Source of the DNA: Puniceicoccaceae bacterium
Lineage (GTDB): Bacteria; Verrucomicrobiota; Verrucomicrobiia; Opitutales; Oceanipulchritudinaceae
DNA: 64,000 nucleotides
Direction of reading: 5' to 3'
Assembly: GCA_040830765.1 (NCBI GenBank)
Contig: JBFOMH010000012.1
Location: 1-64,000, forward strand
Part shown: positions 59,283 to 64,000 of the stretch, in pieces
Layout: each line of letters starts with the position of its first letter
Numbering within the stretch: the stretch's first letter is position 1
Translations under genes and position numbers: made by a program
The notes under the pieces: model-generated
Seen by the model: the letters and a program-made list of their open reading frames with translations, nothing else
What the model was told of the DNA's origin: nothing
Database searches by the model: none

Positions 59283-61835
59283 TCAGGGCCAAACGAAGGT
59301 CGTGTCGTAGTGTGGCATCCCGCGGTTGTCCCATTCGGTCTCGGCAGAGGTACTGTCAAACCAGAGTGGACGGATGTGGTCTCCTGCCCAGACAGCGCCT
59401 TCCCCGACCATGCTACTAAGGATTTCCGGGTAAGTGCCGCTCAGATCGGTCCCTTCATACCCGGGCACAGAAACATCATAGAGTCCCCATGAACCCGTTG
59501 ATCGGTGCAGGGTGGCCTTCCATTGGTCCTGACGTATGCCAACGTCCGTAAAGCCGGTGGAACCAAAGCCCACATTGTAGCGCACTGCGTAAATGGGCTC
59601 TCCAGGCCGTGGACTGCGGTCAGCAATCAGGCTGTACCAGATGTCCTTGCCGTCCAGCTCCTTGCCCTCGGGAATACTTGCGCCAGCCAGACGGGCAAAG
59701 GTCGGATAGAAGTCCAAGGCGGTTACCGGATGCACATAATCATCACCGGAAGTGATGACCCCCGGCCAGTGCATAATCATTGGAACACGGAAACCGCCCT
59801 CCCAGGTATCCCCCTTGCGTCCACGTAGAGGAGCATTCCTCCCCTGCCCTGCTGTGTCCGTACGGCCCCCGTTATCGCTCAGGAAGACAATCAAGGTGTT
59901 GTCATACTGGCCGGTCGCCTTGAGGGCGTCGACCACCTGGCCGATCCCGCGGTCCATGGAATAGACCATGGCGGAGTAGACCTGCCGGGATGTGTAAGAA
60001 TCACTGGGCCCAAAGAGGGCGGCCAAGTCAGCGTTCTTCGCCTGCAGTGGTGTGTGGGGTGCATTGTAGGATAGGAACAGGAAAAAAGGATCCGCATCAG
60101 CTGCCGCATCCGTGACAAAATCCACCGCCTTCAAGCTGAGCCAGTCCGTCAGGTAGAAATCACTTCCCGGATAGTCCGGATCATTCTCCACAATGACCTC
60201 AGACCCGTTTTCCATTAGATCGGTCCGGTAATCGTTTCTTCCCGGAGCCACCGGATCATAGGGCGGGAAGTAGTTTTTACCACCCCCGAGGAAGCCATAG
60301 AAGTAATCAAATCCCCGGTTATTGGGATGGGAATCGGCCGTATGCCCGAGGTGCCACTTCCCGATGATGCCGGTGTGATATCCAACCTCCTGTAGCAGCG
60401 TGCTGAAGAGGGTTTCACTGGTTGGGATGCCCTGGTCAGAATAAGCACCATTGCCACCGTTGTAGTTGGGCAGGTTGTAAGGCCCACCGAATTCATGCGG
60501 ATAGCGCCCAGCCATCAAGCCCATGCGGCTGGGACCACAGAATGGGTGGACAACATAGGCGGAACTGAAAACAACGCCCTGGGAAGCAAGTGAATCCAGT
60601 TTTGGTGTCTGGATGTCCGCTTCCGGGGTCGGCGTGAATCCGACATCCGAATAGCCAAGGTCATCCGCGAGAATCAAAAGGATATTGGGCCGCCGTGCTG
60701 GGTCCTCAATTCTTGTCCGGCAAAAGATCCGGTTGTCTGGACCCAAGGCAACGGTCCGATTCACCTCGTCGTAATCCGGATGGGTTGACGTATCTGAAGT
60801 TTCCGTATCCCAGCTGGAATTCCATTCCGCTGCAGCCGGATCGTCGCTCCATTCAGCATGAATTCTCAACCCAGGAATGTCACTATTTGGCTCAACAGTG
60901 CTAAAGCGTACATCGCCAGCGGATTTCTGGGTCACAATTGGTGGATTACCCCGGTCGGCTGGGTCCTTGGGATTGCCACCATCAACAAATTCCAGCGCAT
61001 CCTCGCGCCCGTCCCCATCGGCATCATCGGAAGGATTCCCGCTAAGTCCGTTATCCCGGACAAACGTCACCCATGCCGGTTGCTCCACCGGCTTTGGCGG
61101 AGGTGGATCAATATTCCCGGAGGTGGTTACTTCAAAGTAGTCAAGGGCAATGCCGCCGACTCCGGTCGTGTTGCCCTCGAAGTAAAAGCCAACCGCTTTC
61201 ACATCAGCGAAGCTGGAGACAGTAGTAGCCGTTGAGCCAATGTTTGAGGTTCCATCTGACTGTGGAGTAAATTCATACCATGTAGCAACCGTGGCATCTG
61301 GGATCGTATCAATGTCTGAGAATCCAGTTCCCACGGAAAAGGGTCCACTGATGTACCAGGAATCATCGCTGGCCTGAAAGATGAAGCGAATGGATCCGTC
61401 TGTGGTGCTGAAGCGGTAAGGCTCGATGGCAAAGGAACTCAGGACATTGTCTTCATTGGCAAGGAACTGGGGGCTTTCCCAAACACCAATGGCCTTGAAC
61501 AGGTGCGCTGTCTCGGAACGCAGTTGCAACTGATCGCGGCCTGAGCCCGCATCGAGGATTCGTGAGCGGGTGGTTGATTCACTGGTAGCGGCATTAAAGT
61601 TCGGGGTCGCGCCAGTGGTGTCAGGATAATAACTGGCTGTACCCGCAATGGGATTGACGATACTGCCTGACAGGTAAGAGTCCCCGACTGAGAAAAGGCT
61701 GTTCCCGGAGGCCAGGGCCGTACCGCCTTCAATCCCCCACTTGACTATGGTCCCTGCCGGGCAAAGGCTGGTGGCAGCCACTGTCAAAAACCAGCATAAG
61801 AGGGCCTTGGTTTTCAAGGTGCGGGTACGGATCAT
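59283..61835 (-). CDS. Multimodular secreted S1 sulfatase with an S1_19 exo-type-like catalytic domain at the C-terminus
   Basis: PNILLILADDLGY, YVVHPFCGPSRM and GRYPH, preceded by about 380 aa of N-terminal modules. Confidence 0.85.
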   Translation of the reverse strand: MIRTRTLKTKALLCWFLTVAATSLCPAGTIVKWGIEGGTALASGNSLFSVGDSYLSGSIVNPIAGTASYYPDTTGATPNFNAATSESTTRSRILDAGSGRDQLQLRSETAHLFKAIGVWESPQFLANEDNVLSSFAIEPYRFSTTDGSIRFIFQASDDSWYISGPFSVGTGFSDIDTIPDATVATWYEFTPQSDGTSNIGSTATTVSSFADVKAVGFYFEGNTTGVGGIALDYFEVTTSGNIDPPPPKPVEQPAWVTFVRDNGLSGNPSDDADGDGREDALEFVDGGNPKDPADRGNPPIVTQKSAGDVRFSTVEPNSDIPGLRIHAEWSDDPAAAEWNSSWDTETSDTSTHPDYDEVNRTVALGPDNRIFCRTRIEDPARRPNILLILADDLGYSDVGFTPTPEADIQTPKLDSLASQGVVFSSAYVVHPFCGPSRMGLMAGRYPHEFGGPYNLPNYNGGNGAYSDQGIPTSETLFSTLLQEVGYHTGIIGKWHLGHTADSHPNNRGFDYFYGFLGGGKNYFPPYDPVAPGRNDYRTDLMENGSEVIVENDPDYPGSDFYLTDWLSLKAVDFVTDAAADADPFFLFLSYNAPHTPLQAKNADLAALFGPSDSYTSRQVYSAMVYSMDRGIGQVVDALKATGQYDNTLIVFLSDNGGRTDTAGQGRNAPLRGRKGDTWEGGFRVPMIMHWPGVITSGDDYVHPVTALDFYPTFARLAGASIPEGKELDGKDIWYSLIADRSPRPGEPIYAVRYNVGFGSTGFTDVGIRQDQWKATLHRSTGSWGLYDVSVPGYEGTDLSGTYPEILSSMVGEGAVWAGDHIRPLWFDSTSAETEWDNRGMPHYDTTFVWP

Positions 61836-61889
61836 GATAAGGTGTGTTAAAGGATTGGGAATTGTTCCACAATAAGCTGGAACTCCAAT

Positions 61890-61953
61890 AGCTTACAGGC
61901 AAAACAGCCTAACCGTATATGCACATTCTGGCAGAGCTTATGCCACTTCTCGC
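61890..61953 (-). promoter_or_regulatory. Direct-repeat activator site plus -10 box (TAAGCT) for the sulfatase-MFS-GH operon
   Basis: GCGAGAAGTGGCATAA and GCCAGAATGTGCATAT are 21 bp apart; the -10 box lies 21 nt further on. Confidence 0.55.
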
Positions 61954-61969
61954 CAACTCCTGAAAAGTG

Positions 61970-62317
61970 TCAGGTTTCCTCTGGCAATGGGTAGAAATCC
62001 AGTAATAACTCGCCTTGGGGCGCAAGGCGGATCAATTCCACCTTGCGCGAAGCATCTAACTCGCCAACCGGGTGCTGCACGAACAGGGCCTTAAGGGGAA
62101 TCACATCGCAGCGGTTGATGGTCCTAACTGCAGTGCCCGTTTCCTCATATAACCGGAGGATTGTCTGCCCCTTCCAGAACACACCTAATTCCCCGCCAAT
62201 GATACCGGTCTCCTTATTATACTCCAGGGCACGGTTAATAACCCCGGCCCGGTTAGCAGCCAGTACCGTGCTAAAAATGAATAAACTGAAGAAATACAAT
62301 TGGTTTCGATATCTCAT
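61970..62317 (-). CDS. Small hypothetical protein or gene remnant with a signal-peptide-like start
   Basis: MRYRNQLYFFSLFIFSTVLAA; no recognisable domain. Confidence 0.3.
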   Translation of the reverse strand: MRYRNQLYFFSLFIFSTVLAANRAGVINRALEYNKETGIIGGELGVFWKGQTILRLYEETGTAVRTINRCDVIPLKALFVQHPVGELDASRKVELIRLAPQGELLLDFYPLPEET

Positions 62318-62422
62318 GATGATCACGACAAGGCCCCGAAGTCTGGCTTAACCAGTGCCCGGACTCCGCTTTTCCGGATAATCCTTCACAAATCAAGGCT
62401 GATTTCCCGAATTGGGAAAACT

Positions 62423-62485
62423 GCCAAAAAGTGAATATGTGCCCCCTAAAAGTGTATATATCTTTTGACCTGAATCCTGTACTCT
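62423..62485 (+). promoter_or_regulatory. Direct-repeat activator site plus -10 box (TACTCT)
   Basis: GCCAAAAAGTGAATAT and CCCTAAAAGTGTATAT are 21 bp apart; the -10 box lies 20 nt further on. Confidence 0.6.
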
Positions 62486-62533
62486 AAACGGACTGCAAAG
62501 TACCTCAATAACCTGATCAAACCCTCAAAATTC

Positions 62534-63412
62534 ATGAACAAATATACAAAACTCACACTCCTTCTCTCGATGGTCATGGGAATGGCCACCAGTATGGTAT
62601 CCGCACAACTCACCTTGGTTACCATCATCGGTGATTCCGTTGGCAATGCCAACTTCGAGGACACCAGTCTCTCCGCGAGCACTGGAGGCACTCCCTACTC
62701 CCAAATTCCTTTCTGGGAAAACATGAACGAGGCATCCGATCCGAATTTTCGGGTCACCCAAGGCATGGCCGGTCATCCCCTCAACGATGCGGATCTCGGC
62801 GGGACTCCAGGGACCAATATCTACGGGGCCTTCCTTTTCAAGGACCGCTTCTCAGGCAATTCGACCGGCTACACCATGAAGGCTGGTGACATCTTTGGGC
62901 TGAAGTTCGACATCTCCCATCATGGTGGTGCAGCAGCATGGGCCGACGGTGGTGATGTAGAAGCTATTATGTTCACCACCGATGCAACCGTTGATGCTCT
63001 CTACAACATGACCGAGGATCCGAACTTCATGCAACTGGCCAGCTTTACGTACACGATCCTGGAGGAACCCTTCTGGAACATGGACGTCTCAGCCGGTACG
63101 TTCTACATCGCTTCCGAAGCAGATGCCGGCAAGAAGGTTTATGTGGCCTTCACCCTCCGCACGTCAGGTGCCAATTCCCCCTTCCCGCGCCTTGATAATG
63201 TTGTCTGGCAGGTCTTCACAACCGACACCGGTCCCACTGACTGGAACGGCTTCCCGATTGCAGGTGATGGGGTATCCGTCGACACCGGCAACTTCCTTGG
63301 CTGGATTGACATAAGTGCCGATCCCTGGCTCTGGGTCTATGCCACCAACAACTATATCTACACTTCGGAAGGCTTTAACGAATCCGGCGGCTGGGCCTAC
63401 TGGCTCAAATAA
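62534..63412 (+). CDS. Secreted protein of unknown function with Trp-rich C-terminal domain
   Basis: Signal peptide, N.NFE...RLDNV beta-sandwich-like core and an aromatic tail. Confidence 0.8.
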   Translation: MNKYTKLTLLLSMVMGMATSMVSAQLTLVTIIGDSVGNANFEDTSLSASTGGTPYSQIPFWENMNEASDPNFRVTQGMAGHPLNDADLGGTPGTNIYGAFLFKDRFSGNSTGYTMKAGDIFGLKFDISHHGGAAAWADGGDVEAIMFTTDATVDALYNMTEDPNFMQLASFTYTILEEPFWNMDVSAGTFYIASEADAGKKVYVAFTLRTSGANSPFPRLDNVVWQVFTTDTGPTDWNGFPIAGDGVSVDTGNFLGWIDISADPWLWVYATNNYIYTSEGFNESGGWAYWLK

Positions 63413-63443
63413 GCTGCGAATCCATTTATCATAAGTAGTCGTC

Positions 63444-63471
63444 AATCCCCCGGGCAACCGGGGGATTTTTT
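63444..63471 (+). terminator. Rho-independent terminator
   Basis: AATCCCCCGG-GCAA-CCGGGGGATT followed by a T-run. Confidence 0.9.
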
Positions 63472-63482
63472 GTGCCACGAGT

Positions 63483-63545
63483 CCAAAAATGTGCACATCC
63501 AATGACAAAATAGGTATAGCGGAAATCCCCCTATTTCCCTATAAT
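63483..63545 (+). promoter_or_regulatory. Direct-repeat activator site plus -10 box (TATAAT)
   Basis: CCAAAAATGTGCACAT and GACAAAATAGGTATAG are 21 bp apart; a perfect TATAAT lies 20 nt further on. Confidence 0.6.
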
Positions 63546-63619
63546 TTATCCTGTTAGCCACGCCTTCACCCCTAAAATAAAATCACACATCCTAAAATAC
63601 ATCAATCAAAGGACCAATC

Positions 63620-64000
63620 ATGCTAGCGAAATCAAAATTGCTCCTGCCAATATTAGTTACCTGCCTGGTGGGAAGTGTCTCCACCGCTCAAGTCACGATT
63701 ATTGGCGGTTCAATTGGCAACGGTGACTTCGAGGACACCAGCCTCTCCGCCTCAACATCAGGAGTTCCCTATTCTTTGACTCCGGCTTGGGAAAATATCA
63801 ATGAAGACACCGATCCGAACTTCCGGGTAACCCAAGGGTTGGCCGGTCATCCGGACAATGCGGTGCCGGGCACAAATGTTTTTGGTGCCTTCTTATTCCT
63901 GGACCGGCTTTCGGGAAACACCACCGGATACAGTCTGGTTGACGGTGACACCCTCTCATTGAGCTTCGATGTCTCACGTCATGGCGGCAGCTGGGTGGGC
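63620..64000 (+). CDS. Secreted paralogue of 62534-63412, truncated at the window edge
   Basis: Absent from the ORF track. Manual translation gives MLAKSKLLLPILVTCLVGSVSTAQVTIIGGSIGNGDFEDTSLSASTSGVPYS...DPNFRVTQGLAGHP...GAFLFLDRLSGNTTGY. Confidence 0.85.
   Translation, partial: MLAKSKLLLPILVTCLVGSVSTAQVTIIGGSIGNGDFEDTSLSASTSGVPYSLTPAWENINEDTDPNFRVTQGLAGHPDNAVPGTNVFGAFLFLDRLSGNTTGYSLVDGDTLSLSFDVSRHGGSWVG

Overview
Bacterial chromosomal window of about 55-60% GC by eye. Gene content and protein tails suggest a marine Verrucomicrobiota (Opitutales, Puniceicoccaceae-like); this taxonomy is an inference. There are three blocks. (1) 1-22.0 kb is a surface-polysaccharide locus: an acyl-carrier cassette (FabH-like KS III, two ACPs, SDR, acyl-AMP ligase, acetyltransferase) with an EpsI-family gene, several glycosyltransferases, two sulfotransferases, Wzy/Wzx-like proteins, a GbsR/MarR regulator and gmd. 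(2) 22.3-45.8 kb is mostly housekeeping: lepB, lepA, fabD, tmRNA, Sfp PPTase, gcvT/H, yajC, secDF, recJ, glyQS and gltX, plus two secreted repeat proteins and several REP-like repeat families. (3) 45.9-64 kb is a red-algal sulfated-galactan (most likely carrageenan) utilisation locus: four GH16, two S1_19-like sulfatases, GH127, an MFS sugar porter and a secreted lactonase-like propeller, with no SusC/D in the window. It is flanked by a tandem pair of uncharacterised secreted paralogues. The most notable observations are a shared upstream architecture at four promoters (two ~16-bp direct repeats 21 bp apart, then a -10 box) that ties the unknown paralogues to the locus, recurrent lineage-type protein tail modules, and intergenic REP palindromes inserted in frame inside a glycosyltransferase. 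All family calls come from motif recognition; no database searches were run.
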